Assembly: GCA_023954035.1 (NCBI GenBank) | Contig: JAMLIT010000005.1 | Span: forward strand, 15,830-79,829 | DNA from: Burkholderiaceae bacterium | GTDB taxonomy: Bacteria; Pseudomonadota; Gammaproteobacteria; Burkholderiales; Burkholderiaceae_C | Direction: 5' to 3' | Length of the DNA: 64,000 bases | In this document: positions 1-8,990 of the stretch, one piece after another | Numbering within the stretch: position 1 is the first letter of the stretch | Layout of the letters: each line of letters opens with the position of its first letter | Notes under the pieces: model-generated | What the model was told of the DNA's origin: nothing | Databases searched by the model: none | The model's input: only the letters and a program-made list of their open reading frames with translations | Position numbers and translations under genes: made by a program

Positions 1-2
1 GG

Positions 3-557
3 GCAATGGTTGGGAGAAAAATCTATCTTCAAACCCAGTGGAACTACGGCACACTTGTTGTGCCAGCGTCCAAGCGGCTCGCTGGCCTCTAGGTATGCAG
101 GAGAAGTGACGATAATTCTCTCTGCACGCTCAAGCACGGCTTGCTCAAATGGGCGATACAACTGGTAGGCAAGCCTGACGCCAGATTTGGCACGGGATAC
201 AACCACATCGGAATGCCAATGAATTACCCACGGAATTTTGTGCGCATCGGCGATCGTTAACGTCCAAAAAACAGAATTATTAGGCATGTGCAGGTGAAGC
301 ACATGGGGTCGGAGTCTCTGGATTGCTCGTGTCAGTGATTTTCTAAACCCTATTGCGATGGGAGCATAAATGAGCGTAATTTGCACAGGAACACGGATTA
401 TCCATTCAGGATCATCTGGCATTGGATCGCCATGTACGAGCGCATAAGAACTTATGCCACTTTTTCGTTGAGCGTCAATCAGGTCAGCTAGAAAAATTTC
501 GATCCCTCCGACTTGCGGTGGGAAGAATTTTCCAATGTGCAAAACGGTGAGTCCCAT
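3..557 (-). CDS. Glycosyltransferase family 4 (GT-B), truncated by the left window edge
   Basis: Not in the ORF track. Manual translation from ATG 557: MGLTVLHIGKFFPPQVGGIEIFLADL...VLHLHMPN...WHSDVV...IIVTSPAYL, a typical GT4 N-terminal domain. Starts 2 bp after the upstream gene's stop. Confidence 0.85.
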   Translation of the reverse strand, partial: MGLTVLHIGKFFPPQVGGIEIFLADLIDAQRKSGISSYALVHGDPMPDDPEWIIRVPVQITLIYAPIAIGFRKSLTRAIQRLRPHVLHLHMPNNSVFWTLTIADAHKIPWVIHWHSDVVVSRAKSGVRLAYQLYRPFEQAVLERAERIIVTSPAYLEASEPLGRWHNKCAVVPLGLKIDFSPNHC

Positions 558-559
558 GC

Positions 560-2602
560 TCAGGGCCAGTGCATTTCCATGCCAGCGGCAATCTGAAGGC
601 GTATACGTTTGTAGTTCAGATTTTTAGGGTCTAGGGCAATGGCTTGGTCAAGGTCCCTCAAGCCAGCGGTTTTGTTGCCCGCCTTGAAATTAGCCATGGC
701 CCGTCCATGGTACATGGCGGCGCTAGGATTTGTCGCAATGAGTTTATCGAAAATTTCCAATGATTGCTCGGCTTTACTTTGACCGATATAGGATAGCGCG
801 AGACCGTAACGGTATTTTACGGAATCAGGCTCGGACTGTAGAAGTGTAATATAATCTTCCGCTGCAACGTCGTATTCTTGTATCGTCAGTGCAATCTGGG
901 CGCGTTTGCTGCGAATATATTTTTTGAATCCAATGAGTTCTTCTGGAATTGATTTTTTGTCGGTTAGTTTCAATGCAGCAGTATAACTTTTTAGTGCTTC
1001 TGCCGGCTGGCCAAGTGCCAATTGAGATTCACCTTTTTGAAAGTTAAGCGAAGTCATTGCGTCGAAACCTTGCGACTCCGCCGCTTGGAGGGCGGCCAGG
1101 GCTTCCTTTGCCTTGTTCTGTTTTTGTAAAATTCCGCCCATATTGAAAAGTGCGGCACCGCCCAATGCACCATATTTTTGCGCCGTAGAGAAATTGTTAT
1201 AAGCTAATTGGTAGAAACCTTTCCCAGCGTAATAAACACCTAAATTCAGAAAAGGACGATAGCGTCCGACTGCATTGGCTGGGGCCTGGGAATCAATTTT
1301 CTCCGCAGCATCTTTCCATGCTGTAAATTCGCTCTCTAAACTAAGGTTTCGTTCAAGCGCCAGGCCGCCAAAGATAAGGGTTAAAATTGTACCGATTGCA
1401 TAGATTGTCTTTGGTTTAAAGTTTATTAGGATGATTGCGATTAGACCTGGAAAAGCGATCGCCCAGAGATAGCTGCGGTACAATACGAAAGGGTCTTGTA
1501 TCCATACCGTAGAAAATTCTGTAAAAAAGAGAATTAGAGGAAAAAATAGGAGAAGAGCGACTAATCCAAAGATATTCTTGAGTTTGAAGAAAACATAGAT
1601 TGCTGTAATCAAAAGAGCGACATAAGCAATTGCCCCTAATAGTTGGGGCATGTAGGTAAATGAAGTGGGAAACGCGGGTCGCAGGTCAACTGACATCCAC
1701 AATACATTTGGGAAGAACCATAGCGTGCCATATACAAAAAAAAGCGCAGCTTCATTTAATATGCTTAAGGAGTATATGCGTGCAGTAATTCCTGGGCTCA
1801 GCTTTTCTAGTTGTAAAGCATATTGAATGGATTGTTCATCAAACAAACGACCTAAAATATTTCCATGCAGGGACAACACCACACCCGCAATGATGCCTAC
1901 CAGCGCTAGGCTGGTACTCACCACGATGGCAATGGTCTTCCACTTAGGACGTTTGATATATATGAAGAGCGGCACCGCCATGGCGGCCGTCATGATGGCA
2001 TTCTCTTTAGACAGCACAGCAAATAAGTAACTCAAAAACGCCAGTGCATACCAATGAGGTCGCTGATTGAGCAGGCCACGTACAAAGAGCCAGCACGCCA
2101 ACACAGCAAACAAAGTCGCCATGACAATCGAGCGCTGCACTAAATAACCTACTGCATACACTGCCATCGGGTTGACGGCGTAGAGTCCAACTCCAACCAT
2201 CAGGGCGGCCTCACGCGAGGAAGTAAACTGCGGATCGGATTCGAGTGAATGCGAAAACTTTGTAGTGATTAATAGGTCGCGCGTGAGCAAAAAAAGTGCT
2301 CCCACGACCCCTCCGTGAAGCAGCAGGTTGAATGCTCGCTGTTTCCACCAGCCTTCGCCAAAGATCTGTTGTATCCATACAAAACTGCCATATGAAAGCA
2401 AGCGTTGCTTGAATTCCATCAGATTGCCGTAATTGCCGAAAATGGTGTCCCTGAGTCGAAGATCGTCAAAGAGTAATTCGTTGTGTAAGCCTATTAGGTA
2501 AACACTGAGCACCACTGCGGCAACGAAGAAGGAGAAAGCGGCTTTGAAAATGCTTGGCTGAATCATCTCTGATTGGCTCCGGGCATTTGCCGCGTACCGC
2601 AT
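560..2602 (-). CDS. Multi-pass membrane GT-C-type (TMTC-like) glycosyltransferase with C-terminal TPR repeats
   Basis: About 10 hydrophobic segments; motifs LLFDD, AVNPMAVYAVGYLVQR, LSKENA, LYRSYL; TPR-like helices in the C-terminal ~230 aa. ATG overlaps the rpoD stop (TAATG); alternative start at 2566. Confidence 0.7.
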   Translation of the reverse strand: MRYAANARSQSEMIQPSIFKAAFSFFVAAVVLSVYLIGLHNELLFDDLRLRDTIFGNYGNLMEFKQRLLSYGSFVWIQQIFGEGWWKQRAFNLLLHGGVVGALFLLTRDLLITTKFSHSLESDPQFTSSREAALMVGVGLYAVNPMAVYAVGYLVQRSIVMATLFAVLACWLFVRGLLNQRPHWYALAFLSYLFAVLSKENAIMTAAMAVPLFIYIKRPKWKTIAIVVSTSLALVGIIAGVVLSLHGNILGRLFDEQSIQYALQLEKLSPGITARIYSLSILNEAALFFVYGTLWFFPNVLWMSVDLRPAFPTSFTYMPQLLGAIAYVALLITAIYVFFKLKNIFGLVALLLFFPLILFFTEFSTVWIQDPFVLYRSYLWAIAFPGLIAIILINFKPKTIYAIGTILTLIFGGLALERNLSLESEFTAWKDAAEKIDSQAPANAVGRYRPFLNLGVYYAGKGFYQLAYNNFSTAQKYGALGGAALFNMGGILQKQNKAKEALAALQAAESQGFDAMTSLNFQKGESQLALGQPAEALKSYTAALKLTDKKSIPEELIGFKKYIRSKRAQIALTIQEYDVAAEDYITLLQSEPDSVKYRYGLALSYIGQSKAEQSLEIFDKLIATNPSAAMYHGRAMANFKAGNKTAGLRDLDQAIALDPKNLNYKRIRLQIAAGMEMHWP

Positions 2603-4953
2603 TAAAGCGAGTCGATGAAGCTGCGCAGCTTGTCGCTGCGACTGGGGTGCTTGAGCTTGCGCAGCGCCTTGGCTTCGATCTGGCGGATGCGCTCGCGCGT
2701 CACGTCGAACTGCTTGCCCACTTCCTCCAGCGTGTGGTCGCTTGTCATCTCGATGCCAAAGCGCATGCGCAGCACCTTGGCTTCGCGTGGGGTCAGGCCG
2801 TCGAGGATGTCCTTGACCACGTCGCGCAGGCCGGCTTGCATGGCGGCTTCGAGCGGTGCCGTGTTGGCGCCGTCTTCGATGAAGTCGCCCAGGTGGCTGT
2901 CGTCGTCGTCACCGATGGGCGTTTCCATGGAGATCGGCTCCTTGGCGATCTTCATGATCTTGCGGATCTTGTCTTCCGGAATCTCCATCTTTTCGGCCAG
3001 CACGGAGGCATCGGGCTCGAAGCCGAACTCCTGCAGGTGCTGGCGCGAGATGCGGTTCATCTTGTTGATGGTCTCGATCATGTGCACCGGAATGCGGATC
3101 GTGCGCGCCTGGTCGGCGATCGAGCGGGTGATGGCCTGGCGAATCCACCACGTGGCATAGGTCGAGAATTTGTAGCCGCGACGGTATTCAAACTTGTCCA
3201 CTGCCTTCATCAGACCGATGTTGCCCTCCTGAATCAAGTCGAGGAACTGCAGGCCGCGGTTGGTGTACTTCTTGGCTATCGAGATCACCAGGCGCAGGTT
3301 GGCCTCGATCATCTCTTTCTTGGCGTCCCGTGAGGAGGCTTCCCCCTCATTCATGCGGCGGTTGATGAGCTTGAGCTGCGCCAGCGGCACGACCACGCGC
3401 GACTGCAGATCGGCCAGTTTCTGCTGCAAGTCCTGCACCGGAGGGATGTTGCGCGCCATCACCGTGCTCCACGGCTTGCCGGCGGCCGCCTGCTTCTCTA
3501 CCCAATCGAGGTTGAGCAGGTTGGCAGGGAATTCTTTGATGAAGATTTCCTGCGGCATGCCGCACTTGTCCACGATGATTCGCCGCAACTCGCGTTCCTT
3601 CTTGCGCACGTCGTCCACCTGGCCGCGCACCATGTCGCAGAGCTTTTCAATGGTCTTGGCCGTGAAGCGGATCGTCATCAGCTCGGTCGACAATGCGTTC
3701 TGCGCCTTGATGTAGGCCGGCGTACCGTAGCCTTCGCGGTCGTAAATCTTGTGCACCTTCTCGAACAGTTCGCGCAGCCTGTCGAAGCGGCGCAGGGCTT
3801 CGTTTTTGAGTTCTTCCAGTTTTTTCGTCAGCGCCTTGCTGCCACCCTTGCCGTCGTCGTCGTCGTCCTCGTCAAATTCGTCGAAATCTTCTTCAGCGAC
3901 GTAGTCGTCAGCCTCATTGGGAACGGAAAAACCGTCGACGATGGTAGAGATGACGACTTTGCCTTCGCGTATCTCCTCACCCATGTTGAGGATTTCGGCA
4001 ATCGTGGCGGGCGATGCGCTGATCGCTTCCATCATCGCCATCAAGCCGCCTTCGATGCGTTTGGCGATTTCGATTTCGCCTTCCCGTGTCAGCAGCTCCA
4101 CTGTGCCCATTTCGCGCATGTACATGCGCACCGGGTCGGTGGTGCGGCCGAATTCGCTGTCCACCGTGGACAGAGCCGCTTCGGCGGCTTCTTCCGCTTC
4201 TTCCTCGGTGGCAGCTGTTTGGGCCGTATTGGTCACCAGGAGTTGCTCGGCGTCAGGCGTCTGCTCGTAGACTGCCACGCCCAAGTCGTTGAGCATGGAG
4301 ATGACGACGTCCAGGGTTTCCTGGTCCACCAGTTTGTCGGGCAGATGGTCGTTGATTTCGCCGTGCGTGAGGTAGCCGCGCGTTTTGCCCAGCTTGATCA
4401 AGGTCTTCAGGCGCGACCGGCGTTTGGCCAGATCTTCTTCGGACAGGACAGTTTCGTCCAGGCCGAATTCCTTCATCAAAGCCCGTTCCTTGGCCTTGCT
4501 GATCTTCATGCGAAGCGGCTTGATCTTCTCAACCGGTGCTTCCGCAGACGCCGCGTCGCTGGTATCTTCCACTTCGCCTTCCAGCTCGGACTCGATGTCG
4601 GAGAGATCCGTGTCGTCACTGTCGGCCTCTGCCTTGCCCTTTTTGCCGCGGGCGGCGGGTGCCTTGGCCGCTTTGCCCGCCTTCGGCGCAGCAGCCGCTT
4701 TGGCCGGACGGCCAGCGCGTTTTTTGGGCGCCTCGGCCGCTTGGGCCTCTGGCGCGGCGGCCTTGGTGCGGGTCTTTTTTTCGTCGGTATCGGGGGTCTT
4801 TGCGGCGGTCTTGGTCACGGAGGAGGCTTTCTTGACAGCTGGCGCAGCCGCTGCCTTGGGGGCAGCCACCGCGGTCGGCTTCTTGGCGGATGCGGGAGGG
4901 GCCTTCGCGGCAGGAGCGGACTTGGGCAACTTCGCAGGCTTTTGAGCAGGCAT
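2602..4953 (-). CDS. rpoD: RNA polymerase primary sigma factor RpoD
   Basis: [85 protein letters not shown]. Start placed at MPAQKP (4953). Confidence 0.98.
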   Translation of the reverse strand: MPAQKPAKLPKSAPAAKAPPASAKKPTAVAAPKAAAAPAVKKASSVTKTAAKTPDTDEKKTRTKAAAPEAQAAEAPKKRAGRPAKAAAAPKAGKAAKAPAARGKKGKAEADSDDTDLSDIESELEGEVEDTSDAASAEAPVEKIKPLRMKISKAKERALMKEFGLDETVLSEEDLAKRRSRLKTLIKLGKTRGYLTHGEINDHLPDKLVDQETLDVVISMLNDLGVAVYEQTPDAEQLLVTNTAQTAATEEEAEEAAEAALSTVDSEFGRTTDPVRMYMREMGTVELLTREGEIEIAKRIEGGLMAMMEAISASPATIAEILNMGEEIREGKVVISTIVDGFSVPNEADDYVAEEDFDEFDEDDDDDGKGGSKALTKKLEELKNEALRRFDRLRELFEKVHKIYDREGYGTPAYIKAQNALSTELMTIRFTAKTIEKLCDMVRGQVDDVRKKERELRRIIVDKCGMPQEIFIKEFPANLLNLDWVEKQAAAGKPWSTVMARNIPPVQDLQQKLADLQSRVVVPLAQLKLINRRMNEGEASSRDAKKEMIEANLRLVISIAKKYTNRGLQFLDLIQEGNIGLMKAVDKFEYRRGYKFSTYATWWIRQAITRSIADQARTIRIPVHMIETINKMNRISRQHLQEFGFEPDASVLAEKMEIPEDKIRKIMKIAKEPISMETPIGDDDDSHLGDFIEDGANTAPLEAAMQAGLRDVVKDILDGLTPREAKVLRMRFGIEMTSDHTLEEVGKQFDVTRERIRQIEAKALRKLKHPSRSDKLRSFIDSL

Positions 4954-5181
4954 GAACAACCTCGGGGTCAAAATGAACAAAGACGACGCAAGCGCCTGAA
5001 ATCCCGGCGCGGGTGGCACGGCAAAGGCGGAGGCCTTTACGGACGGAGCCTCGAAGGCCCCAAGCAAGATGTCTGGGCGATCATTTGGTGTGCAGTCCTT
5101 GCGGTAAGGAGGCGGTCAGGCGCGTGTGTCACTGGTGCCAAGCCCGGAGGTGCTGCTGTCGCTCTTGCTGATCAACCCTAC

Positions 5182-5187
5182 ATTATA
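5182..5187 (-). promoter_or_regulatory. Putative sigma70 -10 box for rpoD
   Basis: Perfect TATAAT on the minus strand just after the dnaG stop; no well-spaced -35 seen. Confidence 0.5.
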
Positions 5188-5202
5188 CCCGTCAGAGGTT
5201 TT

Positions 5203-7065
5203 TCAAGAGAGCTGCGGAGCCAGGCGTTCCAGTGCCACGCGGCGCGCTTGCAGCGCGCGGTAGCGCTGCAAAGCGGAAGGGTCGCTTTGGGCAGCAGCCA
5301 GCGCCTCGGTTTCCTGGGCACGCAATTGCTCTGCCAGCATGCGGTTGAGCAGTCCCCTCAGTTCCAGGCGCAGTTCGTGGGTATCGCCCTCGGTCTGGGC
5401 ATGCGCGCCGGTCATGACGCGCTCGGCCAGGGCCTGGCAACTGTGTCCGTGCAACGATTCTCTCAGCACGGCCCAGGGCAGGGCGCCGTGCTCGTGGTAC
5501 TTGGCCTCGATCCACGCGAACAAGGCGCCGTGCGGCGCTTCCTGGGCACTGAGCAGTGCGTTGTCCTCGTGCGAGAGGGTGTCCAGAAACTCCATGTGCG
5601 ACAGCAGCAGCCGCGCTGCGTGGTCCACGCGCCCCGCCGGCGCGGCCCTTCCTCGCCGCGCGCCCAAGCTGGTCTGTGCAACTGCGCGGCCGGATTCCGC
5701 CCGGGACAGGCGCGGGGAGTCGCCCGCACTGCGCTGTGGTGGTTTGGCCAAGGGACGCCCTCGCGCAGCAGCCTGCTCCCATACCTCCCGCAGGTCCAGC
5801 GGGTCGAGCTGTGCGAGCGCGGCCAGCTCGCCGAGCAATTGCCGCTTGAGCGCGCCATCCGGCAGGGGCTCCCAGAAAAGGCGGGCCTTGCTCGCCATAT
5901 GGGCGCGACCCTCTGGTGTGCCCAGATCACAGTGTTCGCTCGCCGCTTCGACAAGAAAGCGGCTGAGGGGCGTGGCGTCGGCAATATGGCGAGAAAACGC
6001 GCTGGCGCCATGGACCCGAACAAAGCTGTCGGGATCGTGCTCGCTAGGAAGAAACAAAAATCTGACGCTGCGCGTGTCGGCCGCGTAGGGGATGGCGGCG
6101 TCCAGCGCCTTGCGCGCGGCCCGGCGTCCCGCGGCGTCGCCATCGAAGCTGAAGACGACGCTGTCGGTAAAGCGCAGCAGTTTGGCGATGTGCTCGGCAG
6201 TGCAGGCCGTGCCCAAGGTGGCAACGGCGTTGTCAAAACCGAGTTGGGCCAGCGCCACAACGTCCATGTAGCCTTCGGTGACCAAAGCGAAACCAGATTC
6301 GCGAATGGCAGTGCGTGCCTCAAACAGGCCATAGAGCTCCTGCCCCTTGTGGAATACGGGCGTTTCGGGCGAATTGAGGTACTTGGGCTTTTCATCAGCC
6401 AGTACCCGGCCGCCAAAGCCAATGCATTCGCCCTTGACGTTGCGGATCGGGAACATGACCCGATCGCGGAAGCGGTCGTAGCGTTTGTCGTCTTCTTCGT
6501 TCAAGATGACCAGCCCGCTCTCGGCCAGCAAGGGGTCGTCGTACTCGGGGAAGACGCTCGCCAGATGCCGCCAACCTTCCGGCGCGTAGCCCAGGCCGTA
6601 GCGCTGAGCGACCTCGCCCGAGACGCCGCGCGCTTTCAGGTAGGCGATGGCCTTGGGCGAGCGGCGCAGCTGCTTGCGGTAGTCCTGGCCGGCCTTTTCC
6701 AACACGTCGCTGAGCGTGGCCTGGCGCTGGCGGGCGGCGGCGGCGCGCTCCTTGTCGGCTGGGGCGACATGGTCGTCGGGCACGATCAGGCCTACCTGAC
6801 GCGCCAGGTCTTCGACCGCGTCGACAAAACCCATTCCCGCATGCTCCATGAGGAAGCCAATGGCATTGCCACTTTTGCCGCAGCCAAAGCAATGGAAAAA
6901 CTGCTTTGAGGGACTGACGCTGAACGAAGGCGACTTTTCCCCATGGAAAGGGCACAAACCCATGAAGTTGGCGCCCGCCTTGCGCAGCGGCACATAGCGG
7001 CCAACGACCTCGACCACGTCGATACGCGAGAGAAGTTCCTGGAGAAAGGGCTGCGGGATGCTCAC
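5203..7065 (-). CDS. dnaG: DNA primase
   Basis: CPFHGEKSPSF...CFGC zinc ribbon, RFRDRVMFPI, KYLNSPETP, EGYMDV and FDGDAAG Toprim motifs. Confidence 0.98.
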   Translation of the reverse strand: MSIPQPFLQELLSRIDVVEVVGRYVPLRKAGANFMGLCPFHGEKSPSFSVSPSKQFFHCFGCGKSGNAIGFLMEHAGMGFVDAVEDLARQVGLIVPDDHVAPADKERAAAARQRQATLSDVLEKAGQDYRKQLRRSPKAIAYLKARGVSGEVAQRYGLGYAPEGWRHLASVFPEYDDPLLAESGLVILNEEDDKRYDRFRDRVMFPIRNVKGECIGFGGRVLADEKPKYLNSPETPVFHKGQELYGLFEARTAIRESGFALVTEGYMDVVALAQLGFDNAVATLGTACTAEHIAKLLRFTDSVVFSFDGDAAGRRAARKALDAAIPYAADTRSVRFLFLPSEHDPDSFVRVHGASAFSRHIADATPLSRFLVEAASEHCDLGTPEGRAHMASKARLFWEPLPDGALKRQLLGELAALAQLDPLDLREVWEQAAARGRPLAKPPQRSAGDSPRLSRAESGRAVAQTSLGARRGRAAPAGRVDHAARLLLSHMEFLDTLSHEDNALLSAQEAPHGALFAWIEAKYHEHGALPWAVLRESLHGHSCQALAERVMTGAHAQTEGDTHELRLELRGLLNRMLAEQLRAQETEALAAAQSDPSALQRYRALQARRVALERLAPQLS

Positions 7066-7191
7066 ACCCTATTGTCCTGCACCGCAGCTCCCTGCCCTGG
7101 GTGCGCGCCCGTGACAGCATGCCCGAAGCCGGGCATGCTATGCGGGCATTCATTTTTTCGCCCGAGCCCTTTTTGCTTTTCCGGAGGCACC

Positions 7192-8838
7192 GTGACATCC
7201 ATTTTTGACCAGCATCTGCCACGAACATCCGCCAATTTCGCACCGCTCTCGCCGCTTTCCTTTCTGGAACGCAGTGCCGAGGTCTACCCCGAACGCCTGG
7301 CTATCGTGCATGGGCCGCTGCGCCAGACCTGGGCGCAGACCTATGCGCGCTGCCGCCGGTTTGCCAGCAGCCTGCAAAGGCTGGGTATTGGCAAGAACGA
7401 TAGCGTGGCGGTGCTTTTACCGAACACGCCTCCCATGGTGGAGGCGCATTTCGGCGTGCCCATGGCCGGCGCGGTGCTCAATGCGCTCAATACGCGGCTC
7501 GACCCGGAGACCATCGCCTTCATGCTGGACCATGGGGAGGCCAAGGCGGTCATCGTGGATCCGGAGTTCGGCGGCGTTCTCGCCAAGGCGATGGCGCTGC
7601 GCACATCGACGCAGCCTTTGGTTTTGATCGAGGTGCAGGACGCGTTGTACGGACCGGCGGCGCACCCGCTCGGAGGCACCGACTACGAGGATTTTCTGGC
7701 TGCAGGTGACCCTGGCTTTGCCTGGGAGCTGCCTGCCGATGAATGGGACGCCATTGCCCTCAACTACACGTCAGGCACCACGGGCAACCCCAAGGGTGTC
7801 GTCTACCACCACCGCGGCGCGGCGGCCAACGCCATCAGCAACGTGCTGGAGTGGGACATGCCCAAGCACGCGGTGTATCTATGGACCCTGCCCATGTTCC
7901 ATTGCAACGGCTGGTGCTTTCCGTGGACGGTGGCGGCGCGTGCGGGGGTCAATGTGTGCCTGCGCCGCGTGGACGCACAGGCGATCTTTGACGCCATGCG
8001 CGAGCACGGCGTCACGCACTATTGCGGCGCGCCCATCGTGCACGGTCTGCTGGTGAATTCTCCGGACGCCATGAAGGCTGGCGTGCCTGCGGGTATCCAC
8101 GCGATGGTGGCGGGCGCGGCGCCGCCGGCTTCCATGATTGAGGGTATGGAAAAGATGGGGTTCGATTTGACCCACGTCTACGGCCTGACCGAGGTCTATG
8201 GACCGGCGACGGTATGCGCCAAGCATGCAGCTTGGGACGAACTCGATATCGGCGAGCGCGCCCGGCTGAACGCCCGCCAGGGCGTGCGCTACCACCTGGA
8301 GCGCGATGTGCGCGTGCTCAACCCCGAAACCATGCAGCCCGTGCCGCAAGATGGCGAAACCATGGGCGAGATCATGTTCAAGGGCAACATCGCCATGAAG
8401 GGCTACCTGAAGAACCCCCAGGCCACCGAAGAGGCTTTTGCCGGCGGCTGGTTCCACAGCGGCGACCTGGCGGTGCAGTACCCCGACGGCTACATCAAGA
8501 TCAAGGACCGCAGCAAGGACATCATCATCTCGGGCGGCGAGAACATATCGTCGATCGAGGTGGAAGACGTGCTCTATCGCCACCCCGACGTGCTGGCTGC
8601 CGCCGTCGTGGCGCGGCCCGATCCGAAATGGGGCGAAACGCCGTGTGCTTTCGTTGAATTGAAGGCCGGCGCACAGACCACGCAGGACGAGATCGTGGCG
8701 CACTGCAAGCAGCATTTGGCCGGGTTCAAAGTGCCGCGTGCTGTGGTGTTTGGCGAGCTGCCCAAGACCAGCACCGGGAAGATCCAGAAGTTCGAGCTGC
8801 GCAAGCGGGCGGATTCCGCCAACGCGATCGACGTCTAG
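7192..8838 (+). CDS. Acyl-CoA synthetase (AMP-binding enzyme)
   Basis: YTSGTTGNPKG, YGLTE, GWFHSGD, DRSKDIIISGGENISS, PKTSTGKIQK. GTG start after GGAGG. Confidence 0.93.
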   Translation: MTSIFDQHLPRTSANFAPLSPLSFLERSAEVYPERLAIVHGPLRQTWAQTYARCRRFASSLQRLGIGKNDSVAVLLPNTPPMVEAHFGVPMAGAVLNALNTRLDPETIAFMLDHGEAKAVIVDPEFGGVLAKAMALRTSTQPLVLIEVQDALYGPAAHPLGGTDYEDFLAAGDPGFAWELPADEWDAIALNYTSGTTGNPKGVVYHHRGAAANAISNVLEWDMPKHAVYLWTLPMFHCNGWCFPWTVAARAGVNVCLRRVDAQAIFDAMREHGVTHYCGAPIVHGLLVNSPDAMKAGVPAGIHAMVAGAAPPASMIEGMEKMGFDLTHVYGLTEVYGPATVCAKHAAWDELDIGERARLNARQGVRYHLERDVRVLNPETMQPVPQDGETMGEIMFKGNIAMKGYLKNPQATEEAFAGGWFHSGDLAVQYPDGYIKIKDRSKDIIISGGENISSIEVEDVLYRHPDVLAAAVVARPDPKWGETPCAFVELKAGAQTTQDEIVAHCKQHLAGFKVPRAVVFGELPKTSTGKIQKFELRKRADSANAIDV

Positions 8839-8893
8839 AGCACGGTGGGTCCCGGCGCAACGCTCTGCGCCTGCTGTCAAGGTCGGCGCAGCG

Positions 8894-8961
8894 AAAAATT
8901 GGTATCTTTTTGGCTGCTAGCGCTTTCCCAGTAAGCGTTGCAAGCTATGCAATTGATAGTA
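8894..8961 (-). repeat. Bipartite palindromic intergenic repeat, copy 1
   Basis: Minus strand reads ACTAT-N7-ATAGC...CAACGCTT-N7-AAGCGCTA...AT-rich tail; lies between convergent genes. Confidence 0.75.
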
Positions 8962-8990
8962 TTTTTGTGTGCTGACGGCGGCTGCGCAGC

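Noticed and set aside
3751-6909. 1052-aa plus-strand ORF, and similar long ORFs such as 33145-35247, 40110-41930, 44105-46480, 48888-50597 and 58303-60006
   Set aside because: These are antisense or alternate-frame shadows of well-supported genes, expected in high-GC DNA, and carry no recognisable motifs.
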